From Nemertoderma westbladi (taxonomy: Eukaryota > Animalia > Xenacoelomorpha), in the NCBI GenBank assembly GCA_032718475.1, contig JAUCBJ010002048.1, forward strand, positions 4,728 through 68,727: 64,000 nt of DNA, read 5' to 3'. Below the pieces are notes generated by a model. The model did no database searches and was not told the DNA's origin. It saw nothing but the letters and a program-made list of their open reading frames with translations. Positions 47,566-62,147 of the stretch are shown one piece after another. Each line of letters starts with the position of its first letter. The stretch's first letter is position 1. The position numbers and the translations under genes were made by a program.

Positions 47566-47802
47566 CTGACTTTTTTGATCCAATTCGAGGATTGCAAATA
47601 CATATATTTGGAATTCGAGTGTAAGTGGAGCCGTAGCCGTAGGATCTTCTTCGTAACTGGAGGGAATATCCCAACGACTGTAGTTTCCCAAAAGTTTATC
47701 ATACAAAGAACTCCGAATTTCGGCCGTCTGACAATTTACTACATGTTCTAATGCATACCAGTTAGTAAACCAAACCAACATGTATAAATATTTCAGAAAC
47801 AT
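47566..47802 (-). CDS. nAChR-like subunit, exon 1 (signal peptide, N-terminal helix)
   Basis: ATG at 47802 (MFLKYLYMLVWFTNWYAL), then LYDKLLGNYSRWDIP...ILELDQKSQ and a phase-0 gtatgt donor. The five exons total 1467 nt = 488 aa + stop. Confidence 0.85.
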
Positions 47803-47999
47803 TATCGTATTATATAAACACAAATATCAAAAATAAAAGCTATATTAGATTATATAATACTACTACAGTAAGACGAGCGAGTTCGGACAGTGGAAATGAA
47901 ATTCTTCCATAGGCTTCCCCATTCTCCATAGTTGTCGCAGTTTCGTTTTTCCCAGGGCCAGGGCCAGGGCCAGGGCTGGTATCCCTTTCAATTTGATCT

Positions 48000-48885
48000 T
48001 TATATGTCATAGCCGTTCGACCACGGCTACGGTTTCACTGTGTTGGTTACCAGAAATGTAGATCTGGTACTGTATGACCTCATGTTTACTTCTCCAGCAG
48101 CGCCAACTGAATCTTAATCTGCGTTCACGGAGTGTTGTTGATACAGGGGGTATTGTACCATAAAGCTCGGCATTTGTCATGTGTTGTCTCCAGCTGATGT
48201 TTAGGGCTGCCCTCAGTAGTCTTGTGTAGCAACCATCAATTCGTTGTTCAAGTGATTTAGTCAGTGTCCAGGTCTCACCCCCGTATAAAAATACACTTTC
48301 CACCGTGGCTCGAAAGAACTTGGTCTTCAGGTGCCTGGAAAGGTCTGATTTTCTGATGGTATCCACTTTTGATAGAGCTACACATCCCTTTGCTTTTCTA
48401 ACTTCTGTGTCTGTTTTGTTACTCTCTATCCATGACCCAACCCAAGGTACTGGAAGTCGTCAACCTTACTATAGGCAAGCATACTTACTGTAGTGGATTA
48501 TTTATCAATTGTTGTCAAGTTTCCATTAACATTAAAAAGTCATGAATTCGGTCTTGGTAGCATTTATATGCAGTCCAACCTCCTTAGCAGCCCTCTCCAC
48601 TTTATTCAGTAGAAGCTGTGCATCTGCTAGCGTATTAGAGAGCAGGGCGATGTCATCCGCATAGTCGGTGTCTGTGACTGTAGTTTCCGGATATCTACTG
48701 CTTCTACGTTCCTGTAGTGTGAATCCACAGTTACAGCACAATTACAAATAGTAATGGCGCCTATGTGTCACCTTACAGTACGCCAGCCAGGATTGGGAAG
48801 AACTCAGTTTCACAATCTGCGTTGTGAGAGTATATCACAAAATACATTCAATGCCGGAGACAATTACTTCTGGTATTCCATAATG
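48000..48885 (-). mobile_element. RTE-like LINE fragment (RT C-half)
   Basis: DTDYADDIALLS, VGLHINATKTEFM, ESVFLYGGETWTLT and RLRFS motifs across frameshifts. Confidence 0.85.
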
Positions 48886-50325
48886 AATTGAAATTTGTGT
48901 AATTGTGGAATCTCAAAAAATACAAATTTGTTTAGAACAAATGAAATGCATGTAATATAAACATTAATGACTGTTATCCGTCTTTAATAATGTATGCTGT
49001 GGGGGGGGGGGGGGGGGGGGGGGTGGGTGCAGGCCTAGTGCATACAACCCTGATCCATCCACCAACCCATATACGTACATAGACAAATTTGAAACCCACC
49101 ACTACTGGCTACAGTTTCCCTTTACCATCTACATAATGAAACAATATACACTAGAATTACAATGACATTGCCTATGGTCTGAAGTGAAGCCGCTAAATGC
49201 CATTCCCCTATAAAACATTTTGAATGCCACAGTGTGTAACCTGATACAGATAATAAGAATTGATTTTTACATTTAAAACTATAATGTTAGCCTATGGAGA
49301 ATCATATTACGTGGCTGATTAAATATACCATTTTATAAACATACAGTCTCCACAGTATTAATGTTAGCATTAATGTAGCCAACACACTGTGTACCATAGC
49401 ACAGCACAATACAATACTTGGGATTAGTTATTAGTTAACAATATGGGACAGATCTAGCATTAAATGAATTATAAGCGATTTATACTATAGGCCTACACCG
49501 TATTCATCGAAGCCGTCACTATTGTATTGCATGAATTTGAAGTACGAAAATAAAGTAAGTTAATTGCGGAACCACGAATATGTATAAAGTTCCGTAACCC
49601 TGTATTACACAAAAATATGAGAAATACTTGAACCGAATGAGAGACGAAAAAATCGTCTAGCCGCCGAATTATACGCCTCTCTTAATTTACTATATTAAAC
49701 TGATACAGGTTAGTTTTGTCTAGCCCAATGCATTACAATAAAATGGAGTATAAAAACTTATTTATAATTTATAATGGAGACTTTAATTACCAATCAATTG
49801 GCGTTAAGATCAGGCACTAACCAATAAATAACATTTATATATTAAATATAAATATATACATTAAAAAGTTAATAGATTATTGAAGAAAAAATCCGAAATA
49901 ATTAACCTTTATTGCAGTAGTACAATTTACAAATTTCCTAATAATGGTATATTAGCACGTATATAAAACGATATCAATTGGTTTAGAATGTCAGAGATAT
50001 AATCTGTACTGCACAAAGTATATGTCCTAAATATTTAATCTCATCTACTATTTTTAATACATTCCCGTTCAACGACACTATAGAGTTGTCCTTCAACTCT
50101 AACTCGTTGACTTATCTTGTCCTACATTAGAGTTTCTACACGATTTCGGAAAGTAATACAAACATTTAGATTTTTTAATATTTACAGTAATACAATGTTG
50201 ACGAGCATATTTCGCAAATATATTTCCAAATATGTAAAATCATTTGAAATTTGTTAGAAAATAGCTGAGATATGGGCGTTCGGAAGTGGTTTTGCACCTG
50301 GTCGAGTCCATTTTATTATATTTAA

Positions 50326-51034
50326 GGGGGGGTACACCATTTTGGTCCAAAATATGTCGAAATTTTTTTTATTGTCTATTATAATGCACCATTGAATGGT
50401 GTTACCAAATCTAAAAACCGCTATTTAATAGCTCTTTTAGTTTTCAAGTTATGTAAATTTCCATTTAGGGAATCCTATTGAAATTACTATTACTATGTAT
50501 AATGAAAGGTCGATTATCTCCAAATATTTTTTTCATGAAATTGTCAACTTCAAAACCCTACTACTTCTACAATTTTTGAGTAATTAGTCTGAAACTTCCT
50601 GTGGGTGTCTAGTTAGCCACCCTGCATAAAATTATCAGACAACTTTTCGAAATTTTTTGTTAATAAAATTTAATACTATTTATAAAAAACCTAAAAATTA
50701 GCATAAATATGCAGCGCCGCCTAGCGGTGCAGAATCATTTTAACAAAATTTCGCCTGATAGTTATGTTGCCCCATCTTTGATCTATCATATAAAAAAACT
50801 TTCATGTGATTAGGTTCAAAACTGTAAAAGCCTTAGGGTTTTAAGCGCAACCAAGATTTTTTTATTGTTAACTAGTATTAACTAATATTAAACAGCAAAA
50901 AAAAATTTTTTTCTGACCTGTCATGTAGAATAGCATCTTAGGCACCTATATGCCAAATTTTAGCCAAAACCAAACAATTTTGAAACGCTGAGAGTGATAA
51001 ATCGAAGAGTTGTCCGAAAATGGTGTACCCCCCC
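50326..51034. mobile_element. TTAA-flanked MITE (Kolobok-like termini)
   Basis: TTAA|GGGGGGGTACACCATTTT ... AAAATGGTGTACCCCCCC|TTAA; no ORF. Confidence 0.8.
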
Positions 51035-51489
51035 TTAATATTACACCATATTCTGGAACCTTTTGATTATCCCATACGTAGCAGAGCAACACGTTCGTGA
51101 GGTCTTCGCGCAGCACGAAGTGAGCAAAGCCTTTAGCATATGGGTACCATTAACGAGTTGTCTTTCGTTAGTCAGAAGTCTTCAACACAATACTCGTCCT
51201 CCTCTTGTGCCTCGTTGCGTTCGTTCGTTTTTGACGAAACTTCAGATCCTTTCTAAACTTTTGACGGACTACATACGTACTAAGATTCGTTTAATTACAT
51301 CAAGGAATAACCGAGTTATTAGCGATCAAAAATTTACGACGACGACAGAGAACTCGCCAATGGCACCCATATGCTAAGGCTTCGCTCTCTTCGTGGCTCG
51401 CTCCACAATGCAATGTAATACCTCTTTATTAATCATACTATTACGTAGTAATAGTATTGACTGGCTACACTTGGGGAGAGGGGAAGTAA

Positions 51490-51652
51490 TAAAATAAAAA
51501 TTCTGGCTCACCCATTAAGGAGGAGGGATGTGAAACTACTGTATCTCTGTTTCAAATTTCATGCAATTTCATTAAGATTTGTAGAAAAATTTGGGCGGGA
51601 ACCGCCCAAATTTATATACCTGAATATAGACATATATTCCACAACATGGTGT
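51490..51652. repeat. Single-arm copy of the 38332-38918 foldback element
   Basis: AAAATAAAAATTCTGGCTCACCC...ATCTCTGTTTCAAATTTCATGCAAT.TCATTAAGATTTGTAGAAAAA...CATATTCCA..ACATGGTG. Confidence 0.75.
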
Positions 51653-52921
51653 AGGCCTAGGTTGATGACGGCTATTTATTGACTATAAGTTTCTTTAATT
51701 ATTAATTATATTAATAATATGTGACGAACTGCGCTCTACCGAGTCAGTCACTCAATACGTTACGAATAATGATTTTTCATAATCCACAATCCATTTAAAC
51801 AAATATTTTGTTTATAAGTCTCTAATTGGAAAAGGGACCTTTTCAGTAAAAAAACGGCCCTTTGGTGTCGATTGGAAAAATTACAAAACAAGTTATACCT
51901 CTAGAAGACATGCATGGTTACAAATATAATGTTTCCAATACAAAAGTTACCTATATAAAGTGTTAACAGCCTGCATTAGTAGGCCTACTGCTACAAATAA
52001 TATAAAAATATGATAATTTTAACACAGGCTTTTCAAATATTTGTCATATCATCGTTGCAGAGTATCTCGTTAATAAATTGCGGTTCCGTTGCATCAGGAT
52101 CAGCGCGTCAGATTTTACTTCTAGATCAGGTATCTTATCTTCAGAAGTGTGCGGCCCCGCAAGGTCCGCAATAAAGTTGGCCAAACACTTCTACCTACAC
52201 CTCTGATAAAGTGATACAGAATTGGGTTTATTTACAGTACTCTGCTGGAAGTTACTATAGTAGGCCTATCAAGGCAGATGCAAACCAAAATGTTAAACAA
52301 TAAAAATTATCTAATAGATCTAGTACAGGTACGCTACTACGCAGTATTTAAGTGCCATTGAGCTAGGGCACACAATGTCTTATCCTATCATCATCTTTAT
52401 TAACTCTCCACTAGTACTGCTTAGATTAGGTATGCTTGGACGATCAAACGAAGTTGAGTAGCATATTATATCATATTACTGTAGTAAGGAGGTGATTCGA
52501 AGTCGACCTGCCAGTAACACGCTTCCTTTGGATGCAGTGTCTCTCATTTTCCGCTTCCCTGCACAGTTTGTCAGGCAGATAATACATAGAGACTATCCAA
52601 GAATCCAATTTCGGAGCATATTGATTATGTGTGCAGTGATGGAATACCAAAATACTGTAAGCCTTCACCTAAGAAGTACATCCTGTAATGTGTGTATGTA
52701 GTAATAATGTAAGTGGCAGTACAGTATTTCCGCTTTCCATTCGCGTTCACTTTGTCGTCTCGGTTGATTTACAATTTATAAACTACAGTAACTGAAGTCA
52801 CAATTTAACCATTGGCCTCCCACGTGATAAAAAATCTAAACAAATTTAGCAATGACGTCCAGGTGGGATCGAACTGGTGACCTCAAGGTTGGAAGTCTGG
52901 CCAGAGCCATCTATCCATTCC

Positions 52922-55780
52922 GATACTACTACTAGAATCGGCATGCTGCATTGCAGCTGCATAATATATATTATATTACATATATATTAAGAATGCTATG
53001 CCGGCTTGTCGACAAAATTGCGCCGCCACAAGTTTCTATCACCCATGACATGTCCTAAATCATCCGCATCTTCAAGGCCAGTGGCCTTTAATCACATTGT
53101 CAAGCATACCATCATTTGAGCTTATGCTCATCCGGTCAGTGACTTGTTGAGGACTTTCAAAGTTAACTGTCAAAATTGTCTTCTTAGAGTTAATAAAAAG
53201 ACCAACACTAGAAGCAGCCTGTTCTAATGAGCTGAGGAGCCGTTGGGCTCCCTCTAGTGATTCTGAGAGTACTCCTAAGTCATCAGCAAAGTCTAGATCA
53301 GTTAGGTACTTGGCAGGATTTCCTCGACTTCTGAAGCCAGTAGGTGGAGTTATCATCACCCTATCATCATTATGATGATCTAAGGACATGCGTAGAACAT
53401 AGTCAACCATAATTATGAACAAGAATGGCGCAAGTGTGTTTTCTTGGACGACTCCCCATAGGGGCCATTCTATGTCACCGTCAACTGTAGACACAAATGT
53501 TGTCGAACCATCGTTTACTGATCTGATTGCTGCAATAATTTCATCAGGAATCCCATATAATGAAAGTATGCTGAACATACGTGAGCGAGAGACTGAATCA
53601 ACGCCCTTGAAGAAGTGAACAAAGATAACAGCCAGTTGCCTATCTTTTTTTGATAACTCTTCAATTATCCTTCCAAGTCCCAAAATGGGCTCCATGGTCC
53701 CACGACATTTACGGAACCCATTCTGATTTCCACGGAAGAGTATCTCAATGGGATCCCTGATACGATTTAATTGAATTATCGATTTCCATGTTGATGTTCC
53801 AGTTGATCGATTTCCATGCCTGGGATGATTGCCTGCTGTCGTCGGCATCATTGCTGGCATCATCCTGTTGGTTTATAAGCTCCTGTAGATTAACAGTATA
53901 CTGCCTATTCAGGGACCTAGAAGCAGCCTTAACTGCATTCTTGGCCGCTGTAGTCTGTTTGAGTCGGGACTCTTTCTGCGCCTTATAGAGGTCATTTCGG
54001 CACTTCCGAATTTTGGGGTCAGTCCAGGTCCAGGGCGCCTTTTTTTGTTTTGTTTCGAGGGTATACAGGAAATGTTTCTGCAGCTGCTAACTGCCAGCTG
54101 CTTCTGTGAAGGCAGTATAGCCCTCGCAGTGATCTGCCGCATCAGAGGCAAGAACCTCATACCTATTGCTCAGCTGTAGTGTGAAGGTGGATCTCACACT
54201 TGGCTGTTACAAAAGAGAGAACCAGTCATGTCGTGGCAAGGCAGATTTTGTTCTTCTGCTAGCACGCAGACTAAGTCTTACCCTGGCCACAATAAGGCGA
54301 GTAGACAATAAGGCTGGAGAAGGGTCGAAGTGTAAATGCATTACAGTCTAGTATAGAGCACCTGTATTTCCTACGAAACAGAATATGGTCTATCTGGAAC
54401 TTTGACCATTGGGTACACTATGAGACTATAGCTTTCCAGTTCGCTTCTTGAACTGGGTTCCAGCCGAAAACAATCCATTTCCAGAGATGAAATCCTGAAG
54501 ATGGGCGGAATTTCGGTTAGCACTATCGCTATAGACCCCGGGTGATCTAGTTGATTGATGGAGACTTGCATTGAAGTCTCCCAGGAATGTTAAGAATGCA
54601 TGCTGATCCACTACATCAGTAGCTGCTTGTAGATTGTGGTAGAAATTTCCACCACCTCCACTAGTTGGAGAATAGCACACAATCAGAATAACCTTAGGAA
54701 ACTTCTTAGCCAGTCTCCCAGAACATGAAAAGTGGCAACGGATGATGCGGTTTGAGATTAAGTCTACAGTATTTTGTCCAATGTTGCATGTGCAGGTGGA
54801 TTCATCAATAGATCAATTCCACCATTGCCACTACCATCTGTTGATGCGAGTGCAAGTCGCCAACCGCCCCATGTCCTTATTCAGAACCTCATCAGTCTGT
54901 CCAGTCTGCATTCGGTGCTCTGGAATACCCACTGTGCTAAAGGAAGCTTATCTGCCAAGGCAGCCAGCTCACCTTGTCGCATTGGGGACCCGAGTGTTAG
55001 GGTGTTGACTGAGGCTAGTCTAGTGACTATGCCTCAGATTCACCAATGGCTTTGTTGGTCGGGGTGGAACATGAGAGTAGCCTCCAACTCCAGAATTCCC
55101 CCCCCCCCCCCCCTCACAATCTGGCTACCCTGGTAACCCAGGGTTTGGGCCAGAAAGGTCACCAGGAAAGGGACTCAAAGAACTGTTTGCCGCTCTCTCT
55201 CCAGTAGGGGGTGAGACAGGCAGCCGGTCAGGAGATAACTGACGCCCGTGAGGCCTATTATGTCCTGTACTTACACTGGCCTCTAGTGGCCGGACTTCCG
55301 CATTTCTAATGTAATCCATACAGTAGTGGGGGGCTGGGGGTGCTTTTTTGCCGAGTCAGCTCTCGGGGCAAATACCACACTCTGATTTATCATTCCACAG
55401 GGTGGGTGTCGCAGTGGAGTCAGATATGAGGCCCATCACCCATATCTACTCTGGCGCACATGACCCACCATTGGCTGTGCAGCTCATCTGCTGGGTCATG
55501 CCCTGTACCCCTGCTGCCAGGTGCAGGTCGCACTGAAGTGAACTCAGATTGGACTTGGACATAAGAACACTCTATTCCTGACCAGTCATTGGTAGATCAC
55601 CATCTCCCTGGCCAGGCCAGATACCCCTGCAGCCAAGTATATGGGTCCTTAATCCATGACAAAGGGCGTCCAAACCCTAGAACCAAGGCACCAAGGGGGT
55701 CCCAGTTACAGGGCCAGATTTGCTCTTAGTAAGTCTACGGCGGGTCTATGCAACCACAGGTGGCACCACCTTTATGTTGC
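52922..55780 (-). mobile_element. Degenerate RTE-clade LINE (AP endonuclease + RT, internally deleted)
   Basis: APE motifs TLNTR, CYSPT and LGDFNA. RT motifs QNGFRKCRGT, LAPFLFI and DLDFADDLGVL. Short TAC tail at 52923-52933; GC-rich 5' UTR. Confidence 0.85.
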
Positions 55781-58332
55781 ATGGATGTGGCAAGTTTTCT
55801 TTATCAATGACCTAGATTACCTGACTTGACCTAGAACTTCTGACCTGACCTAGAATACCTGACCTTTTACGTGATAGCGGCTCAGGTAAAAGGTAAACCT
55901 GGAATGACTGATATCTTATGTATGTCCGCAATTTACGTCCCATGGTCTCACAACTGTCAACCAATCATCAGCAACTACTGTAGTAATAATAAGAATAACG
56001 ATGAACTATGTAGTAAGTATTAATTAATCCCAGTAATAAGGAAACGACCAATTCTCTGAAATACTTGAATGGGAGTCTACACACACACATACATACAGTA
56101 AGTAAGCATTACTGTTCTAGTAACTAAAACTTAACTTAAATAGAAGCAATAACATCAATCATAGAAATGCTGCAGATACAAAGGCCTACGAGTTATGCAA
56201 CTGCCCCTTCAAATAACTACATTAAATTTGTGAAAATAATTAATTGAATGGAAATATTGTTTTTAAATTGTGGGCGTATATAGGTTGAGGGGAAACAATA
56301 ATTAATATTTATAATACTACTGTACCTAAGAATGCTGTCTCAATTGGCCTGCAACCATCTGCTGGCCCATATGTCAATGCATCCATTGTTATTTATCGTA
56401 AAACATTTATCGCACACACCCTCCCATAGTACTGTAGTATAATTAAATTATCCTGTAATTACTTACTTGGGTTAGGGGTTTTTGTTGGCGGTCATGTGGT
56501 GTGAGTTTGTGTGGGGTGGGGGCTTAGGTTCGGATAAAATGGAAAGTTGAAGAAATCTAGATGAATTACGTTTCTCAAACGTAATTCCTTTGGTCCCGGG
56601 TTTGCCAGTTCAGTGTGGAAGCGGAACGGTCCACGGAACCTCCACCACACTACGCGCGCGACCTCTGATGGTTTCCACCATCTTTCGTCTGCAAAAACTC
56701 AACCCCGTTCCACACGCTCTCCTCCGAATGCCACTGCCGATACTGTAACTCAATTTACGACAGGTGCCACACGCTTAGCTGCCCCCAGTGCCCATATCTT
56801 GCCATTCTCACGTCTCACCTCAACTCAACTCTACTAAATAATTACAAAACTAAACGTCACGGAATTACGGTAACTACCGGTAACCTTCCCATTACTGCTG
56901 AGTACTTGATTTCTATAAAATATACTGCAATAACCCGTGCTATTGTTTGACTCTCGTTTAATGTTTTGGTTATAATAACTAGTCAATGTAACCTCTGCTC
57001 CTTTCCCTTAAAATCTCAGGAACTACTCTAATCTCAGGCGCCGGTGATGTGAAGTATAATGTCTTCAGGAGTCTTTGGAAAGTTATATAATCGTAATTAT
57101 ATATTCCCATCTATTTTGGTTCTTTTATTTATTCAATATCAATTCAGTTCACAATTCAACTAAACTCTGCAGATACAGTACCGAATTTCATAAAATCATC
57201 GCAATAATAAAAATTCATAAGAGCATCTGCCTGAAAACGCACTAGTGAATTATTATAATGAGACATATGGCATCTCTGTATTTTAATATATGACGTCAAT
57301 CCAGCTTTATTTTATTTTCATTTAATTTGATTTACACCTACGGAAACTACATGTATTTAGTTACTCCGGTCTAACATAGTGTGATACACAAGTTCAATAC
57401 ATAGGTACTCTAGTTCTATGCTCATGTTTTACAGGAAGTTACCGTAGGTCCAATTCTCTTTGCGCTACTGATATATTTTATAATGCTCAAAATTAGTTTA
57501 TATGCCGACCATCAATTATAGTTAATTGTCTCCTTCTTACAATAATCTCAAAATAGTTACAATTCTATACAATTATTTATACTGACCAAATTCGGTTCAA
57601 GTTCGGTTATGTTCTCAAGTCTATCTATATATACTGTAGTCCGGCGGGTGAAGGAAAGTTATAGTTGAATGTCATGATCGATCAAGCTGATTCTCCAGCT
57701 GATTTAAGGGACCAGCTATGATTAAGAGGCGGGAGTGCAATTAGACCTGGTTTTGGTAATTTATGAGATGCCACCAAAAGTATAGAAAACCTATTACCGT
57801 CTTACAGTTGATTGATATTGCATCAATGATTTCATCTGAAATCCAGTGCCAGTCACACATTTAAAGGTTTTACATTTTGAATTTAGGTCGACTTGACTGA
57901 TATTTGAATGCCTTTCAATGATTAGAATTCAAAACTGTAATAACCTCGAAAGAATGGTCTCATCCCTAGATTACAGTACTGCGCACACTATATCGATAGT
58001 ATGATTGAATAGGAATTACTGTTGTTACAGAAGCATTAAGGTAGTGTGTTTCGCTGTGTTTTTTTTTCGCTAGCTTTAACTGGTCGGCGAAATTGCAAAA
58101 CATTATCTAATTACTGTGTACTATTAGTATTGTATGTGTGATATTAAAAGTGTACTATTTTTCACTTAGGGTCGAGTGTGCGTATTTCAATAATAGGGGC
58201 GAATGAGGGAGGGTTTCACAGCTGCTGATACCTGAATTATTGTTTTAATTTTAATAATTATTCATTAAATTAGTGTTGTATTTGTTTGAGATTATTAATT
58301 AATCATAAAAAGGTAGCTTTATATTTATCACT

Positions 58333-58749
58333 ATGACACAATCTACGGACCCGGTTTCAAACTTTGTGGCTGGTGGTGTCGGTGGCCTTTGCTGCGTTCT
58401 GGTTGGACATCCGTTCGATACGATAAAGGTGCAGCAGCAGACGGGAATGCACAGCAGCCCGTCTGCAGGACTCAGACACCTGGTAGGCACTGAAGGCGCC
58501 CGAGGGCTATACAGAGGGGTGGCATCTCCGCTGCTCATAATGGCCCCAATCTCATGCACAATGTTCGCTTCGTACGCCGTGGGCAAACGATTACTATTGG
58601 GTGCCGACACGGGTCAGGCCCAGGCGAAACTACCGCCGAGTAGCTTGGTAGCGGCGGGGGCTTTCTCTGGTATCTTTACAGGTTTAATCAACGGCCCCGC
58701 GGAGAGAGTGAAAGTAGCACTCCAGGTGCAGACAACCAATACACGCCCG
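58333..58749 (+). CDS. SLC25A20: Mitochondrial carnitine/acylcarnitine carrier-like, exon 1
   Basis: NFVAGGVGG..VLVGHPFDTIKV, EGARGLYRGVASPL and GPAERVKVALQVQ; phase-0 gttagt donor. Confidence 0.85.
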
Positions 58750-58865
58750 GTTAGTATTTTAGAGGTATACAACATTATTAATGAAATATATGAACGAACT
58801 TTAAGTACTTGTCAATTTTAGTCGATTAGAATGATACTGTATCAACAATTTATTTTGGTTTCCAG

Positions 58866-59091
58866 ACGGTGCTCAAAGGCACTATAGACTGTATTTCTGG
58901 AATGTACCGTGAAGGTGGATTACGAACAATGTTTAAAGGAACACCTATTACCATGGTCCGAGATGTTCCGGCATTGGCTGTATTCTTTGCTACTTACGAT
59001 ATTACATTGAGGAAATTAAATAAAATGAGGAATCAGCAGGATTCAAATAAGGTTCAACCACTAGCAACAATCATAGCTGGTGGAATTGCAG
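58866..59091 (+). CDS. SLC25A20: SLC25A20-like carrier, exon 2
   Basis: ttccag acceptor. KGTIDC..MYREGG...KGTPITMVRDVPA...AGGIAG; phase-1 gtaggc donor. Confidence 0.85.
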
Positions 59092-59227
59092 GTAGGCGGA
59101 ATTAGATGATTGTTGTCAATTTGGGACTTTATTGTTGTAGACAACGTTAATATCTTTCTTCGTTCTATGCTACGCAGTACTTGTCTAGTCTACTTCACAA
59201 CAATAATTTCATTTTTCTTTTTTTAAG

Positions 59228-59478
59228 GTTTAATCCAGTGGATATGCATCTTACCAATAGATACGGTGAAATCCCGATATCAATCACAGGTTATCACAAG
59301 CAGTCCCGCCAAACTATGCGGCCAGATGTGGAGGTCCGAGGGAATCAAGTTCTTCTACAGAGGTCTGACCCCGGTTCTAATGCGAGCCTTCCCGGCTAAT
59401 GCTGTTACCTTTTTGGGTTACGAACTCACAATGCACGCACTGCGCAGAGGGCCATCAAAGGAAACAACTCTTACTTAA
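59228..59478 (+). CDS. SLC25A20: SLC25A20-like carrier, exon 3
   Basis: ttttaag acceptor. W...LPIDTVKSRYQ...EGIKFFYRGLTPVLMRAFPANAVTFLGYE. Spliced CDS 894 nt = 297 aa. Confidence 0.85.
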
Positions 59479-62147
59479 AAGCAATCGAGTATGTCGAGCC
59501 TTTAATGTGATATACTTAACATTCTCATCATAGTCTTACGGTAATTGTAATTGGACGGGGTTTGTATTTCTCGTTGTTGGGTGACTGACCTCGTACAAAT
59601 TTATGTCAGTAAATATTTATGATCCAGTTATCGCTGTTTTTCCGTATGACGGTGTGTCCTTGAGACAGACAGAAAACCGAAAAACAAACCAAATGCCATT
59701 GAACATTAAAACTGACATCGGAAATGAAATTAGCGACCCCAAAACCCCGGTAATGAAATTTTAGCGCGGTTGTATGTTTCCTTCGGGCAAAAAATAATTA
59801 ACCAACCAGACCCCAGACAGTGACTCGGAATGACATATTTACTTTACAAATTACTACCCCTCGGCCATTTATCAAATAATTTTCTTTATTTTTGGCACAT
59901 TCGAAATGGAATCGAGAGTTCTTTAAAAGTATCTAAAAAGTCTTTAAAAATTTTTATAAATAATTTCATTTTGAGTAATTACCCGATATTAATTAAAAAA
60001 AGTTATAACTAACGAATTAAAATGGCTAATTCAAAATTATATAAGATAAGTTAAAATTGTAGATTCGATGGTGCTGAGTCCAAAATAGTTGGTTTCAAGA
60101 AATTTGGACTAAGTTTGCTGATGGAGTAGTAGAGTTTTTAGTTCTTTAATTCCATCGCCAGCCGCTAGGGGAGGCAATAAGTTTCAAATTCTGCTGCCTT
60201 TCATACAGTGCCTGATAAGAAGTTATACCTGAATGATTCTAACTCCCTAATTGACAGTCATACAGAAAATGGTTCAAGGGGGTATACCCACTTGACGATG
60301 TAGGTCTCTTTTCATAATAACATCCCCAAGTTTCCGATAGGTTTATAAACATATTGCCTGCATGGTTCCGGAGTCGGAATCTAAAACATCTACACAGGAC
60401 TCCGACTCAAAAATTAAACCACATTTTGTATCTCCATGTTTGTCTTTCAGTAACTTTTACTTTTGATCATGTCCTTTAAAGTACCCTGCACAGTATTGTT
60501 GTTTCGGGACGGAGTTGATTAAATTAATTCAATTTCCAATTACAAATTAAAAATACAAATTTATAATTTTTATCTCATCAACCAAAATTGTTTTTCCATT
60601 AAAAACGAATATTTAAATTAAGTTAATTATTTGTGTTAATTATTTTAACACGAATATTTAAATTAAGCCCACGTTATTATTACATCTGGGACTATTTTTT
60701 ATATTTATTAAAAATAATTCTGGGAAAAATCGGAGCCGATTTTCGGAGTCGGAGCCCTCCGATATTTTCATGATTACCTATAAATTAAATGGAATATTTT
60801 ATTTGTTTATATAACAGGAATATTCATATATCCATAAATATTAGTCATGCGATTTGAAATTAAATTAATATGTTACCAATAAGCCAAAGTATATATTTGT
60901 AACAACAATGGAACCACGTTCGAGTATAATTCGCACAACGCATGTAATGTAGCATAGCTATACACAATATCAAAAGGCACTAATAATTATTTATTACCGT
61001 ACTGGGGGAAAAAAAGTAGAACTTTTTCAATTTCTAAGGTATTTTATTTACCAAACGCGAGCGAGGTTAATGAAGCCGACGAAAGAAAATTAAAAAATCG
61101 TTTTTTGCCGCACGTATGTAATTTTATTCTTAAATTGCTACTTTTTTGTTTTATTGGTTTTGGTTTTATGTTTAAATTGGTTTTATGTTCCTTAATTCTT
61201 TAATAAAATATAGAACGAAATAGTGTCACTATAAATATATTGTACAGCTGTATTTTATGATATTGCTTCAGTAGTTCCAATTATTGTACACTGCTTCAGC
61301 TGCCTTACTATGTTAAATAATTCAGTGTTCTCGAATATTTATTAAGTAACTAGAACATTAACCACATAACGACATAACATAAACAACATAAACCAATATT
61401 GGATATTGAGTTCCGTTTTGGAGTTCGCAGCGCAGACACCAAAGTTGCAATAACTTTTGAGTGAGTGAATAGATTTTGCTCAAATTACTTTCAAACCTTT
61501 TCTACGTCGCTGCTCTTTGAACATATGTAATAAAAAACAACAAAATTTAAGAAATTTCACAATTTGTTATATTAGAATTAGGTTAAAAGAAAAATTGGGT
61601 TACTTTTAAGTTTAACCCTAACGGAAAATAAGTAGTTTAAGTAATAATTTATCTCCCTAATTTGGGATAAATTCGAGCAAAAAAGTAACAATTTAAGAAT
61701 AAAAGTAATAATTGAATTTAATTGAGCCTTTCTTGATTAATTTTCCAATATTAGAAGTGGATCTTTCTGAGTCCTATTGAACCGGTGAAGTTTACGTAAA
61801 TAAAACTTCTCAAACTATTGATGTACCGGTATATACCGCGTGAGGATTATGGATACTAACCATAGTGTTAGTGTAGCACATCCCTTGGTTTATTAAGTGG
61901 AAAAATATCGGATTCTTCATAAATAATTAGTATTAACGAGTATTAGAACCTCCTCCCTGTATTATAGGTTTACAAATAATGCGTTAGGCTGATTAATTCA
62001 ATGTAAACTCATTTAAAAACTAGAACGACCATAGGCCGCGCCTACAACATACCATAATAATATGTCTCAAATAATATTGGATACAATTAATATCAGATCA
62101 GTATTTATTAGCTTCACAAAATAAAACAAATAACCACTTTATTAATA

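Noticed and set aside
48999-49024. Poly-G runs (also ~21999, ~38856, ~55098) as functional elements
   Set aside because: Homopolymer runs recur throughout the window in unrelated contexts, and their length is error-prone.
50326-51034. piggyBac MITE
   Set aside because: TTAA TSD fits, but the termini begin GG rather than the CC/CA typical of piggyBac; Kolobok-like is preferred.
59640-61130. Possible Helitron/MITE fragments (GACAGACAG, GGAGTCGGA motifs, imperfect inverted repeat at ~60990-61125)
   Set aside because: Boundaries and TSDs could not be established from this window.
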